A DNA stretch of 64,000 nt, from assembly GCA_963701015.1 (NCBI GenBank), contig OY969556.1, forward strand, positions 650,411-714,410, written 5' to 3'. This document shows positions 1 through 9,658 of this stretch, one piece after another. This DNA is from an uncultured Bacteroidota bacterium (GTDB taxonomy: Bacteria > Bacteroidota > Bacteroidia > Bacteroidales > DTGW01). Below the pieces are notes generated by a model that saw nothing but the letters and a program-made list of their open reading frames with translations, searched no databases and was not told the DNA's origin. Numbering within the stretch: position 1 is the first letter of the stretch; each line of letters opens with the position of its first letter. The position numbers and the translations under genes were made by a program.

Positions 1-85
1 CGATTACAAGAATTTTGATCATCCTCAATTCGATCATCCTCATCACGACCATTCTTATGGTGGCCCACCTCCGGGAGGATTTTAA
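1..85 (+). CDS. 3-prime end of a CDS entering from upstream of the window; His/Pro/Gly-rich C-terminus (DYKNFDHPQFDHPHHDHSYGGPPPGGF*)
   Basis: The frame is open from 2 to 82 and ends in TAA at 83-85. Only 27 codons are visible, so coding status cannot be tested here. Confidence 0.3.
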   Translation, partial: DYKNFDHPQFDHPHHDHSYGGPPPGGF

Positions 86-93
86 ATTGAACT

Positions 94-726
94 TTATATT
101 TTCCCGAAATATTTCCAAACTGGTAATAAAAATGGCAGTATATATAATAAAGGAACAACTGTAAAAACAATTTGGCTAATATGGATATTTACAAAACTCA
201 ATAAAATTGCTAAAAAATAGACTACCGGAGCAAATCCGGTACGAATTTTAGCATATCTTATAATGGAAGGATTTAGGTCTTTATCTAGTAAACGGAAGTC
301 TTTTGAAGCATATACCCATTGAATAAACATGGTTATACCAATAGCTATTAAATTTAGTCCATAAATTATAATTGCAGCCCTTTCATTGTAATACTTAGCA
401 ATTAACGATGCGGAAAATGGCAATATTGAAACAAACATTAATAAAATCAGGTTTAACCAATGATATATATGGTCAGCGAATTTTATATAACTCAAAGCTG
501 TTCTGTGTCCAAGCCAGAAAACGCCTAATAATAAAAAACTACCAAAAAAGGTTAATAGGTTTGGCCAAATTTGTAAAATTGCAAAAATTAAAGAACTATC
601 TAGTTTGTTGGGTACTTTCAGGTTTAAAACCAATAACGTCATTGCAATTGCAAATACGCCATCTTCAAGAGTTTCAAGCCTGAAAATATTTAAGTTAGAT
701 GTTGGATTTGGTTTTCTACTGTTCAT
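94..726 (-). CDS. TMEM175/DUF1211-family putative potassium channel
   Basis: RLETLEDGVFAIAMTLLVL matches the family hallmark (FSDGVFAIAITLLV-like) and is followed by about 6 hydrophobic helices. The ORF is open up to 798, but the ATG at 726 (MNSRKPNP..) gives the usual short N-terminus. Confidence 0.75.
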   Translation of the reverse strand: MNSRKPNPTSNLNIFRLETLEDGVFAIAMTLLVLNLKVPNKLDSSLIFAILQIWPNLLTFFGSFLLLGVFWLGHRTALSYIKFADHIYHWLNLILLMFVSILPFSASLIAKYYNERAAIIIYGLNLIAIGITMFIQWVYASKDFRLLDKDLNPSIIRYAKIRTGFAPVVYFLAILLSFVNIHISQIVFTVVPLLYILPFLLPVWKYFGKI

Positions 727-887
727 TCCTTTATATTTAAAATATAGTTTATGAACACCATTTACTTTAAAAAAGTTAAATGTTTTAATATAAATCATTG
801 CAAATTGGCAATAATAATTTTATAAATTAATTTTCAGCAATATATTATAGGTTGAATTGTCCAACTAAGAATTAAATTGAACGAACA

Positions 888-1721
888 ATGAGAAAAGATA
901 TCTATTTTGCTTTGGTCATAATTATTTTTATTATATCTAATTGCACTCCAAAAAATATTGTTAAGGCTTATAAACATTCGGCCAATAGCGATGTAAATCA
1001 AATATCCGGAATTGATGATAATTCGAAGATTCAATGGAGAATTGCTAACGATAATAAAAAATTATATTTCAGGTTCGAATCATCCGATCAATCAATAAAA
1101 AGGATGTTATTGCACAACGGGTTTACAATAATTTTGGATACTACAGGCAGTAAGAATGAAAATATTATTCTGAATGTAAGTAATCATAGTGAAACAGATA
1201 ATCAAGCAAACAAGTTCGATCCGAAATTATTTAAACCCAATACTAGCGGAACTTTTAAAGAAATATATATAAAAGAAGAAGACAGTGAAATGTTAATTGA
1301 CCTGCAATTTGAAAAAACCGATTTTTCAGCAACATATACAATTGATTCCTTTGATTTAATAGTGTGCAATGTTGCAATTCCATTATCCGCTATTCAATCT
1401 AATGGATTAAGTGCTATTAAAAATTTATCGATGTGTTTAAAAATTGAACGCGGCCAAAAACCACATCATAGGGACGGTGAAGAGCCTTCGGGAGATGAAG
1501 AAAATGGAGGCTTTGATGCTAGTTTTGGAGGTTCAGGACGTATAGGTGGGGCAGGAATGAACCGTGGTGGCATGGAAGGCGGTATGGGAGGAATGAACGG
1601 AGGTATGGGACGCAGTGGCATGGGTGGCGGTCGCCTTGGAGGAGGCGGAATGAATGGAGGTACTGGTAATTCAGGCGTTTCAAATGTCGATTTCTGGTTT
1701 CTGACAGAGTTGGCAAAGTAG
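888..1721 (+). CDS. Lipoprotein of unknown function with a Gly/Met-rich C-terminal tail
   Basis: Signal peptide with lipobox (IISNC), a beta-rich body, and a C-terminal tail of about 60 aa made of GGM/GMN-type repeats. Confidence 0.7.
   Translation: MRKDIYFALVIIIFIISNCTPKNIVKAYKHSANSDVNQISGIDDNSKIQWRIANDNKKLYFRFESSDQSIKRMLLHNGFTIILDTTGSKNENIILNVSNHSETDNQANKFDPKLFKPNTSGTFKEIYIKEEDSEMLIDLQFEKTDFSATYTIDSFDLIVCNVAIPLSAIQSNGLSAIKNLSMCLKIERGQKPHHRDGEEPSGDEENGGFDASFGGSGRIGGAGMNRGGMEGGMGGMNGGMGRSGMGGGRLGGGGMNGGTGNSGVSNVDFWFLTELAK
1503..1676 (+). repeat. Coding low-complexity region: imperfect GG(M/R/T) triplet repeats (GGAGMNRGGMEGGMGGMNGGMGRSGMGGGRLGGGGMNGGTG)
   Basis: Direct reading of the codons GGA/GGT/GGC ATG repeated within ORF 888..1721. 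Confidence 0.7.
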
Positions 1722-1990
1722 ATTACTTTCGCGAGTGTAAAAACAAATTTCTATTCGGACTAATTTTTAGTTATTTATAACGCATGCCCTTCAACTTACA
1801 ACTTCCTATTACGAAAACGCGAAGCAATTTCTTGATTCCTTAATATGAAAAAATTCCTTCAGATATTGAAGTTTTTTCCAATGTTTTTGTTAATTCCCTT
1901 TTATTGAAATCTCTCTAATTTTTATCCAATTGGTATGGAGATTTCGTTTCATCAAATATTATTATATTCGCCACAATAAAATTTAGATAA

Positions 1991-2650
1991 ATGGAAATTT
2001 TGTTACTTTTTTTTGCATATTTATTAGGTTCTATACCAACTGCAGTGTGGGTTGGGAAATGGTTTTACAATATTGATATCAGGAATTTCGGCAGTGGTAA
2101 TGCTGGGGCAACTAATACTTTAAGGGTTCTAGGTTGGAAAGCTGGTCTTCCTGTCTTTATTATCGATGGCTTAAAAGGTGCTGCTGCTGTTGAATTAATT
2201 TATTTAATGAAAATTTGGCCTGGCCTTTCTATATATTATTCTTTTGTTTCAGGTACAAATGTTTTTGTTTCATTTCAATTAATTTTGGGGTTCACAGCAC
2301 TTATTGGTCATATATTTCCTATATTTGCAGGATTTCGCGGAGGTAAAGGTGTTGCAACTTTACTTGGTGTTGTAATTGCAATTAATCCATTACCGGCATT
2401 ATTAGCATTTGTAGTATTTGTAATTATCCTGCTATTATTCAAATATGTTTCTGTAGGTTCAATTACTGCTGGACTTAGTTATCCACTCATGATCTTTTTT
2501 TTATTTCCGCACACACAGTTATCATTAAAAATTGCCTCAATATTTATGTCACTTGCATTAATATTAACTCACAAAAAAAATATTAGGCGACTTATTAAAG
2601 GAGAAGAATCAAAAGCTTTATTCCTGTTCAAAAGCAAAAAAGAAAAGTAA
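1991..2650 (+). CDS. plsY: Glycerol-3-phosphate acyltransferase PlsY
   Basis: GSGNAGATN motif, multiple TM helices and a typical length of 219 aa. Confidence 0.9.
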   Translation: MEILLLFFAYLLGSIPTAVWVGKWFYNIDIRNFGSGNAGATNTLRVLGWKAGLPVFIIDGLKGAAAVELIYLMKIWPGLSIYYSFVSGTNVFVSFQLILGFTALIGHIFPIFAGFRGGKGVATLLGVVIAINPLPALLAFVVFVIILLLFKYVSVGSITAGLSYPLMIFFLFPHTQLSLKIASIFMSLALILTHKKNIRRLIKGEESKALFLFKSKKEK

Positions 2651-2714
2651 ATTCTAATCTAATTTATTGGAATTAATTTTTAAAAGAAGCCCAAAGCTTA
2701 ATTATAAAAGGAAA

Positions 2715-3209
2715 TTATTTTTTAATTAATTCAGCATTCAACTCTTCAATTAGCCGTTTCTGATTTTCAATAATTGACTCTTTTTCTTCAAGTAATTCCT
2801 GAAGTTGATATATTTTTCGCCAACGGCTATAACGGTTTAGACGTGTAACAGTTTTAACACGTGCCCTAAATTCAAGTTTATCAAATGGTTTGCATATATA
2901 ATCGTCAGCCCCGGCTTCGAGGCCTTGAATTTTTGAATCACGATCGTCAAGCGCGGTTAAAATAATTATCGGAATATATAATAATTTATCGTCCTTACGT
3001 ATTCTAACACAAACTTCAAAACCATCAATGCCGGGCATTACAACATCAAGCAGGATTAAATCGGGCATATGTTCTCGTGCAAGTTTAATTCCTGTTTCGC
3101 CATCAGAAGCAAATATAAGCCGGTAATTATCTTTCATCAGGCTTGCTTCAATAACCCTTTGCATTAAAGGGTCATCATCAATAGCAAGAATAGTAGTGTC
3201 CTGATCCAT
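2715..3209 (-). CDS. Response regulator: REC domain plus a C-terminal coiled-coil tail, with no output domain
   Basis: REC motifs (ILAIDDD, LLDVVMPGIDG, ICKPF) followed by a heptad-like tail of about 40 aa (LQELLEEKESIIENQKRLIEELNAEL). Confidence 0.85.
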   Translation of the reverse strand: MDQDTTILAIDDDPLMQRVIEASLMKDNYRLIFASDGETGIKLAREHMPDLILLDVVMPGIDGFEVCVRIRKDDKLLYIPIIILTALDDRDSKIQGLEAGADDYICKPFDKLEFRARVKTVTRLNRYSRWRKIYQLQELLEEKESIIENQKRLIEELNAELIKK

Positions 3210-3382
3210 TTTTATTTAAAGCTTTGGTAAAATTGTACTTTTACAAAATAATCATTGTAAAAATAGTTGATATTTTTTGAATTATAAAGATTTTACATTC
3301 TTTATTATAACAGGCTATTGATGGTACTATCCATATTAAAGAATTTTAATTAGATTTAAGGAAAATTTCGAAGTAATAAACG

Positions 3383-6300
3383 ATGACCGAATCGATATTA
3401 AAATCGTTGATGCGTTTATATGCACTTATTGGTAATTTACGGAATTCCAATGATACGGAATCTGATGAAGCCGATTATTCACACACGCGTGAAATTACGG
3501 AAGCATACCTTAGCCAATTGGTTAATCCCGAACAATCATCGAAATACCTCCAAATGTTCGATTTTCATTATCGAAACCTACAACGAAGGAAAATTTCAAT
3601 TACCATAAAAAAAATCTCTCTTTTTTCGGTTAAAACTCTTTTAATATGTGAACAAATCAACAATAGACTTGATCTGAAACAGAAGTCCTTTGTTTTACTT
3701 CAGCTTTTTGATATTTTAAAAAATGATACGCTTAAAATTTCTGACGAGGCGAATGATTTTATTGTTACCATTTCAAACTCATTTGGTATTTCACAGGACG
3801 ATCTTGATTTAATGTATTTTTTTGTTTTTGCATCCACTGAACAGAAAGCACGCCATCACTCATTTATGGTAATTTCAGGAAATAAAAATGAGTTTCTTTT
3901 CCATCATCATTTGTATAGGGAAAGTATGACCGGAAATTTAGTGGTTTTATTTGTCCCGTCAATTCAAACTTACTTTTTAAGGGTTGAGGAATCGGATGAT
4001 TGGCTTTATGTAAATGGCCGATCGGTAATATATAACCGTATATATGTTTTAGAAAAAGGATCGGCAATCCGTTGCCCGAAAATTCAAACAATTCATTTTA
4101 GCGATATTACCGGCGGCTTTATGCATACAAAAATTCAATATGAAGTTCAGCTTGCTGCCATTAATATTGAATATGGCTTTAAAAATAGCGATAACGGCAT
4201 TAAAAAATTCAATTTCAGCTATAAATCAGGTCAGTTAATCGGAATTATGGGTGGTAGCGGTGTTGGCAAATCAACACTTTTAAGTATCTTAAATGGAACA
4301 CTTAAGCCTGATAGTGGAAAAATAATGATTAACGGCATTGATATTTATGGTGAACAAAAGGATAAAGTAAAGGGAATTATTGGTTATATACCTCAAGACG
4401 ATTTTTTAGTTGAAGAACTAACTGTATTTGAAAATTTATATTTCAACGCTTGCTTTTGTTATAGCAATTTAAATGAACATGAAATAATATTTGAAGTAGA
4501 TAAGTTACTAAAGAATTTGGGTTTATTTGAAATTCGCGATTTAAAAGTTGGAAGCCCTTTAAATAAGCTAATTAGCGGAGGACAACGAAAACGTCTGAAC
4601 ATTGCTTTGGAATTGCTCCGTGAACCATGGATTTTATTTGTCGACGAACCTACATCAGGGCTTTCGTCAAACGATTCGGAAAAAGTAATGGATTTGTTAA
4701 AACAACAGACTTACGCCGGCAAACTTATTATTGTCAATATTCATCAGCCTTCTTCCGATATTTTTAAAATGTTTGATGGCCTTTTAGTGCTTGATAAAGG
4801 CGGACGTCCAACTTATGCCGGAAATACTACTGATTCATTGGTTTATTTTAAATCGGCAACACAATTGGTTAATGCAAATGAAAGCAAATGTATATGGTGC
4901 GGCAATTTAAATCCTGAACAAATTTTACAAATAATTGAAACCCGGGAAGTTAATGAAAAAGGGCAAATTACTGATAATAGGATGGTTCCTCCTGAAGATT
5001 GGTACGAGTTGTATTTATCTACTATTGATTCAAAAATAAAAATAAGTCCTTTAAACAAGCCACTTCCAAAGACACATTTTCATACACCCGGAAATGTCCG
5101 TCAATTTTTTTTATATTTTTTGCGCAATTTAAAATGCAAATTGGCAGATACGCAATATTTAATTATAAATATTCTCGAAGCTCCGTTATTGGCTTTAATT
5201 TTAGGTTTTTTTACTCGCTATGATGCTGGTTCAAACAACAAATACATTTTCAGCGAAAACATAAATTTACCTGCATTCTTATTTATGAGCGTAGTAGTTT
5301 CTCTATTTTTAGGAATGATGGGAAGCGCCGAAGAAATTATAAGGGATGCCAAGTTGTTAAAACGTGAATCATTTCTTAACCTGAGCCGGTTGAGTTATTT
5401 AAATTCAAAAATAGTTTATTTGATTATTGTTTCAGCAATTCAAATGGTTATATACGTAATTATCAGCCAATATATCCTTGAAATTCGCGGTATGACTTTA
5501 TCCTATTGGTTAATTTTATTTTCAACTTCATGTTTTGCCAATATTGTTGGATTAAATCTATCAGCCGGATTACGTTCGGTAGTTGCAATTTATATTTCAA
5601 TACCCTTAATCCTAATTCCACAATTGCTTTTAAGCGGTGTTATAGTAAAATTTGATAAATTAAACAATGTTTTAAAATCGGAATTATATGTGCCATTAAC
5701 AGGCGATATAATGGCTTCGCGCTGGGCATATGAAGCGTTGTCGGTTGATCAGTTTGTAAATAATAAATATGAGCAAAATATTTATGATATTGAAAAGAAT
5801 GAAAGTGATGCAACCTATTGCACAAATTTCTGGATTCCTGAAGTGATTGGTTTGGTTGGTGAATGTCAAAATTATATAGGCAAACCAGATAAAAAAATAA
5901 TTTTAGATAACAGATTATTATTTTTGAAAAATGAAGTCGAAAAAGTTACCGACCATTTGCAAATAAGCAATTATATTAATATTGACAAAATAAATCCACA
6001 AAATTTTAATGATAGTATTGCAGATAATTTATCCATATTTTTAAAACGTGTACGATCATTATCTTCAAAAATTTTAAACCGTAATATTGATGCAAAAGAT
6101 AAAATTCTCCAAAACCTCGAATTAAAATTTGGCAGCCATCAATCTTTGGTTCAATTTAAAGAAAAGTACTATAATACTGCAATTGCCGATCAATTGTTAA
6201 ATAAAAATGAATCAGAAAAAATTTTAAAAACCGATAATACTTTTCAACGAAAATTTGAACCAATTTTTATTGATCCGGAATCAGATTTTGGCAGGGCACA

Positions 6301-6457
6301 TTTTTATGCCCCTCAGAAAAGAATTGGAAATTTATATATCTATACATTTTGGTTCAATATTATGGTTATTTGGCTCATGTCATTGGTTGGTTATATTACA
6401 CTGTATTACAATGTTTTGGGGAAATTATTAAAAATATTGAACAATAAAACCAATTAA
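3383..6457 (+). CDS. ABCG-like (ABC-2 type) fused ATPase-permease with a ~270-aa N-terminal extension and a C-terminal extra domain
   Basis: Walker A GGSGVGKST, signature SGGQRKR and Walker B LFVDEPTSGL. These are followed by an ABC-2-like TM block, a soluble region of about 200 aa and a final TM helix. Confidence 0.85.
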   Translation: MTESILKSLMRLYALIGNLRNSNDTESDEADYSHTREITEAYLSQLVNPEQSSKYLQMFDFHYRNLQRRKISITIKKISLFSVKTLLICEQINNRLDLKQKSFVLLQLFDILKNDTLKISDEANDFIVTISNSFGISQDDLDLMYFFVFASTEQKARHHSFMVISGNKNEFLFHHHLYRESMTGNLVVLFVPSIQTYFLRVEESDDWLYVNGRSVIYNRIYVLEKGSAIRCPKIQTIHFSDITGGFMHTKIQYEVQLAAINIEYGFKNSDNGIKKFNFSYKSGQLIGIMGGSGVGKSTLLSILNGTLKPDSGKIMINGIDIYGEQKDKVKGIIGYIPQDDFLVEELTVFENLYFNACFCYSNLNEHEIIFEVDKLLKNLGLFEIRDLKVGSPLNKLISGGQRKRLNIALELLREPWILFVDEPTSGLSSNDSEKVMDLLKQQTYAGKLIIVNIHQPSSDIFKMFDGLLVLDKGGRPTYAGNTTDSLVYFKSATQLVNANESKCIWCGNLNPEQILQIIETREVNEKGQITDNRMVPPEDWYELYLSTIDSKIKISPLNKPLPKTHFHTPGNVRQFFLYFLRNLKCKLADTQYLIINILEAPLLALILGFFTRYDAGSNNKYIFSENINLPAFLFMSVVVSLFLGMMGSAEEIIRDAKLLKRESFLNLSRLSYLNSKIVYLIIVSAIQMVIYVIISQYILEIRGMTLSYWLILFSTSCFANIVGLNLSAGLRSVVAIYISIPLILIPQLLLSGVIVKFDKLNNVLKSELYVPLTGDIMASRWAYEALSVDQFVNNKYEQNIYDIEKNESDATYCTNFWIPEVIGLVGECQNYIGKPDKKIILDNRLLFLKNEVEKVTDHLQISNYINIDKINPQNFNDSIADNLSIFLKRVRSLSSKILNRNIDAKDKILQNLELKFGSHQSLVQFKEKYYNTAIADQLLNKNESEKILKTDNTFQRKFEPIFIDPESDFGRAHFYAPQKRIGNLYIYTFWFNIMVIWLMSLVGYITLYYNVLGKLLKILNNKTN

Positions 6458-6585
6458 AGTATTTTTCTTTTTAACTTTCAGTAAATTAATTTTTTATAAA
6501 TTTTGAAAATAAATTAAGTGGCAACAGAAACAATTATTTATCTTTATTATAAATTATTTTTATATTTTTATTCAAAAATAAAGTA

Positions 6586-7497
6586 ATGATGGCCATTGGA
6601 AAATATTTTAAAACAGGAGCTAAATATTTGGGAATTATTTGCTTAGTGTTTGTAATGGCATGCAACCACGGAGGTCAGAAAAAATCTGGCAATTCAAATG
6701 ATAGTCTGAAAATTACTAATAAAGAAAATGCCTACCTTGAAAGTGTTTATTATAGGTTTCCTACACCAAATGAAATTTTTGGATTTATTAATAATGAAAA
6801 ATTAAGGTTTAATGAAGCATTATTAAATCCAGCTACAAATGCCGATAAATACATGGAATCGAAAGGGCAAACTGTTGCTTTAGGAACTTATGTTGCTGAT
6901 TTAGCTTATATTACATTGTTTGAAGCGTATAACAAATCAATTCAATATTATAAAATTATTCATGGTTTAAGTGAAAAAATTAATATTACTTCAGCTTATG
7001 ATAATGATGTTGCAAAGCGGATTGAAAAAAACCTGCTTAATTTGGATTCATTAAAAAACATATCGGTTGATTCGTATTCGAGTATGGTTGAATATTTAAT
7101 TGTTTCGAACCGCGAAAAAACATTGGCTTTAATAGCTGCCGGATCGTATATTGAATGTTTTTATATTGCCTTTAACCTCGCCGGTGATTATAATCCTAAT
7201 AATCCGATGATCACAAAAATTGTAGATTTAAAATATGCTTTTGACAATTTATATTCATATTTACAAATTTATTCTGACGATCGTTCTGTCAAAGCAGTTG
7301 CGGTTCAATTTAAAGGTTTAAATGAACTCTTTAAAAAAATTAAAGAAAAAAGTATTGGTAAAACAACTGTTAAGCAAGATGCCAATGGGAATTTAATTTT
7401 AGGAGGAGGTACAAAACTTGAAATGGATCAAAAACTTTATAATGATTTAAGAAATGAAATTTTCAAATTAAGGGCTAACCTTATTATAAGTAATTAA
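6586..7497 (+). CDS. Hypothetical lipoprotein
   Basis: Signal peptide with lipobox (FVMAC). The protein looks helical and has no domain I recognise. Confidence 0.6.
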   Translation: MMAIGKYFKTGAKYLGIICLVFVMACNHGGQKKSGNSNDSLKITNKENAYLESVYYRFPTPNEIFGFINNEKLRFNEALLNPATNADKYMESKGQTVALGTYVADLAYITLFEAYNKSIQYYKIIHGLSEKINITSAYDNDVAKRIEKNLLNLDSLKNISVDSYSSMVEYLIVSNREKTLALIAAGSYIECFYIAFNLAGDYNPNNPMITKIVDLKYAFDNLYSYLQIYSDDRSVKAVAVQFKGLNELFKKIKEKSIGKTTVKQDANGNLILGGGTKLEMDQKLYNDLRNEIFKLRANLIISN

Positions 7498-7516
7498 TTA
7501 AAGATAGTTTCAAGAT

Positions 7517-7993
7517 ATGAAAATAAAATTTAGATATTTATCGGGTTTAATTTTTCTTTTGTTCTTTTCTGTTCATATTAGCAGTCAGGATTGCTTTTAT
7601 TACCATGAATATTTCTGTAAGTTTCCCAATTCATCCTATTTTTATAGCGGACAATCACGAAGTGCTTTATTTGCTCCAGGAATGACTTCGGAATTTAAAA
7701 TGGTAACTTTTGGAGGCGAAGATTATAATATTAGTATATGTTACGAGCGGAAATTCAAAAATGTTAGGATGCGACTTCTTGAAGACGATGCTGATAAAAC
7801 TGTTATTTACGACAATAAAGATAATAACTACCAGACAATTATGAACTTTACTAACAATGTTGCCCGTAAATTAATAATTGAAATTTCTGTTCCGGATGAA
7901 GCAAATGCTAAAAAAGATGATTTACACTGCGTTGGTGTATTAATTCATTTTCGTAAAACTTATCAGGAGCCGTCAAATAAAATTGGATTTTAG
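7517..7993 (+). CDS. Hypothetical secreted protein
   Basis: N-terminal signal peptide. It starts 19 nt after the previous ORF and has no recognised domain. Confidence 0.55.
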   Translation: MKIKFRYLSGLIFLLFFSVHISSQDCFYYHEYFCKFPNSSYFYSGQSRSALFAPGMTSEFKMVTFGGEDYNISICYERKFKNVRMRLLEDDADKTVIYDNKDNNYQTIMNFTNNVARKLIIEISVPDEANAKKDDLHCVGVLIHFRKTYQEPSNKIGF

Positions 7994-8793
7994 CTCGATA
8001 AATTCTTCGATTTAAATTTAACAAATTCGCGATCGAGTTTTTTAAGCAATTCTTTTAAAGTAATATTTATCATTAAACGGCCATATTCAGCTATTGCTAC
8101 TTGTCCGGTTTCTTCCGAAACAATTATTACTAGTGAATCGTTATGTTCGGTCATACCAAGTCCTGCTCTGTGACGCATTCCAAAACTTGCAGGAAGTTGT
8201 GTATTTTGCGACATTGGTAACATACATTTAGCTGCAAATATTTTATCACCAATAATTATCATTGCCCCATCGTGCAATGGATTATTTTTAAAGAAAATCG
8301 ATTCTATTAAAGTTGCGGTTGTATTGGCATTTATAATTTCGCCCATTTCGGCATAAAGTTCTAACGCCGAATTTCGTGCAATTACAATTAAGGCCCCTGT
8401 TTTTGATTTCGACATATTTACACATGCCCTGGCAATTGACTTAGTTTGAACAAATGCCAATGAATCTCTTCCATAGGTTATTAAGTTTTGAAGCGAAAAT
8501 TTTCGCGACATATATCTTGTACCTATAAGAAGTAAAAAACGTCTGATTTCCTGCTGAAAAACAATGATTAAAGCAATTACGCCAACTCCAATAAATTGGC
8601 CTAAAATTGACGACAATAACTGCATATTTAATGCCTTAACCAACAACCAAAAAAGATAGATTGAAAACAAGGCTATGAAAATATTTATTGCTACGGTTCC
8701 CCGAATTAACATATAAAATTGGTATAATAGCGCGGTCACCAATAATATATCAACAATGTCAAGAAATTTTATTGTAATAAACAAGTTTGTCAT
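7990..8793 (-). CDS. cdaA: Diadenylate cyclase CdaA (c-di-AMP synthase)
   Basis: Three N-terminal TM helices plus DAC-domain motifs DGAMII, RHRAGLG and SEETG. Confidence 0.9.
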   Translation of the reverse strand: MTNLFITIKFLDIVDILLVTALLYQFYMLIRGTVAINIFIALFSIYLFWLLVKALNMQLLSSILGQFIGVGVIALIIVFQQEIRRFLLLIGTRYMSRKFSLQNLITYGRDSLAFVQTKSIARACVNMSKSKTGALIVIARNSALELYAEMGEIINANTTATLIESIFFKNNPLHDGAMIIIGDKIFAAKCMLPMSQNTQLPASFGMRHRAGLGMTEHNDSLVIIVSEETGQVAIAEYGRLMINITLKELLKKLDREFVKFKSKNLSS

Positions 8794-8909
8794 AAATACA
8801 AAGGTAAAATATTTTATTATACCTGATAAAATGCTTATTTATGATTGTATGAATAAAAAAATGACGTTAATGAAAGTCTTAACGTCATTTTTTAAAATTT
8901 TAAAATATT

Positions 8910-9482
8910 TCAATTCTGTGCTATTAAATTATTTTTAGCTAAAAATTCATCAGCTTCTTTTATATTAAGATTTGAGGCTTTTACCATATCTGCAAATGCG
9001 TCTGTTTCATTATTCTGCATCAATTCAGTTATTGCACGGTTTAAGTATGCTTTGCCATAATCCTTATATAGTTCAATTGCTTTGCTATAATCTTTAATTG
9101 AATTGCTATAATCTTCAACCAAATAATATACTATTCCTCTATGGTTATAAATTTCATAATCATTTGGATTTAATTTAGCAGCTTCATTAAAGTCTTTTAT
9201 TGCTTTATTGTATTTGATTAATTTCGTATAAATAATTCCCCTAAAATCATATAATTCAGGATTTTCTGGATTTAATTCAATTGAACGATTTATTTCAATT
9301 AAAGCGCCATCATAATCGCTGCTATCTTGCAATTGTTGTGCAAGCATGTAATGGATGTTCGCATTAATTACACTTTCAGTAACATTTTCAATCTTATTTT
9401 TACCAAATGATTGTATCGAAAAAATAAATAACAATACTACTACCATTTGTGCCCCTACTTTAATATTACCCTGCGTTTTCAT
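8910..9482 (-). CDS. Secreted TPR-repeat protein
   Basis: Signal peptide followed by four or more 34-aa TPR-like units (..AI.D..KA..LNP.. pattern). Confidence 0.8.
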   Translation of the reverse strand: MKTQGNIKVGAQMVVVLLFIFSIQSFGKNKIENVTESVINANIHYMLAQQLQDSSDYDGALIEINRSIELNPENPELYDFRGIIYTKLIKYNKAIKDFNEAAKLNPNDYEIYNHRGIVYYLVEDYSNSIKDYSKAIELYKDYGKAYLNRAITELMQNNETDAFADMVKASNLNIKEADEFLAKNNLIAQN

Positions 9483-9658
9483 AATGTTAGATATTAATTT
9501 ATTATCTGCTGTAAAGATAAGTCGAATTAATACTTATGCAGGATAAAAGGGTATGAGAAGCATTATTGTTTTTGATGATGATAATTCTTTATAAATGATG
9601 ATTGCCGTCACCAATAATTTTTGATATACCTATAGCTTTTAATTCATTAAAATATTGA

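Noticed and set aside
408-683. A 91-aa plus-strand ORF inside the TMEM175-like gene. Similar antisense ORFs occur at 1519-1716, 3864-4091, 9796-10086, 13711-14100, 17332-17733, 25362-25715, 36773-37126, 47091-47342, 60001-60228, 61658-61930, 62156-62518 and 63146-63337.
   Set aside because: Each lies wholly inside, and antisense to, a longer ORF that carries recognisable domain motifs. Their translations are low-complexity or Ile/Asn/Lys/Phe-rich with no motifs. They are shadow ORFs.
1906-1945. An 8-bp hairpin (GAAATCTC..24 nt..GAGATTTC) upstream of plsY, considered as a possible regulatory RNA.
   Set aside because: The stem is short, the context is AT-rich, and there is no flanking T-run or recognisable motif. 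It is within chance expectation for this base composition.
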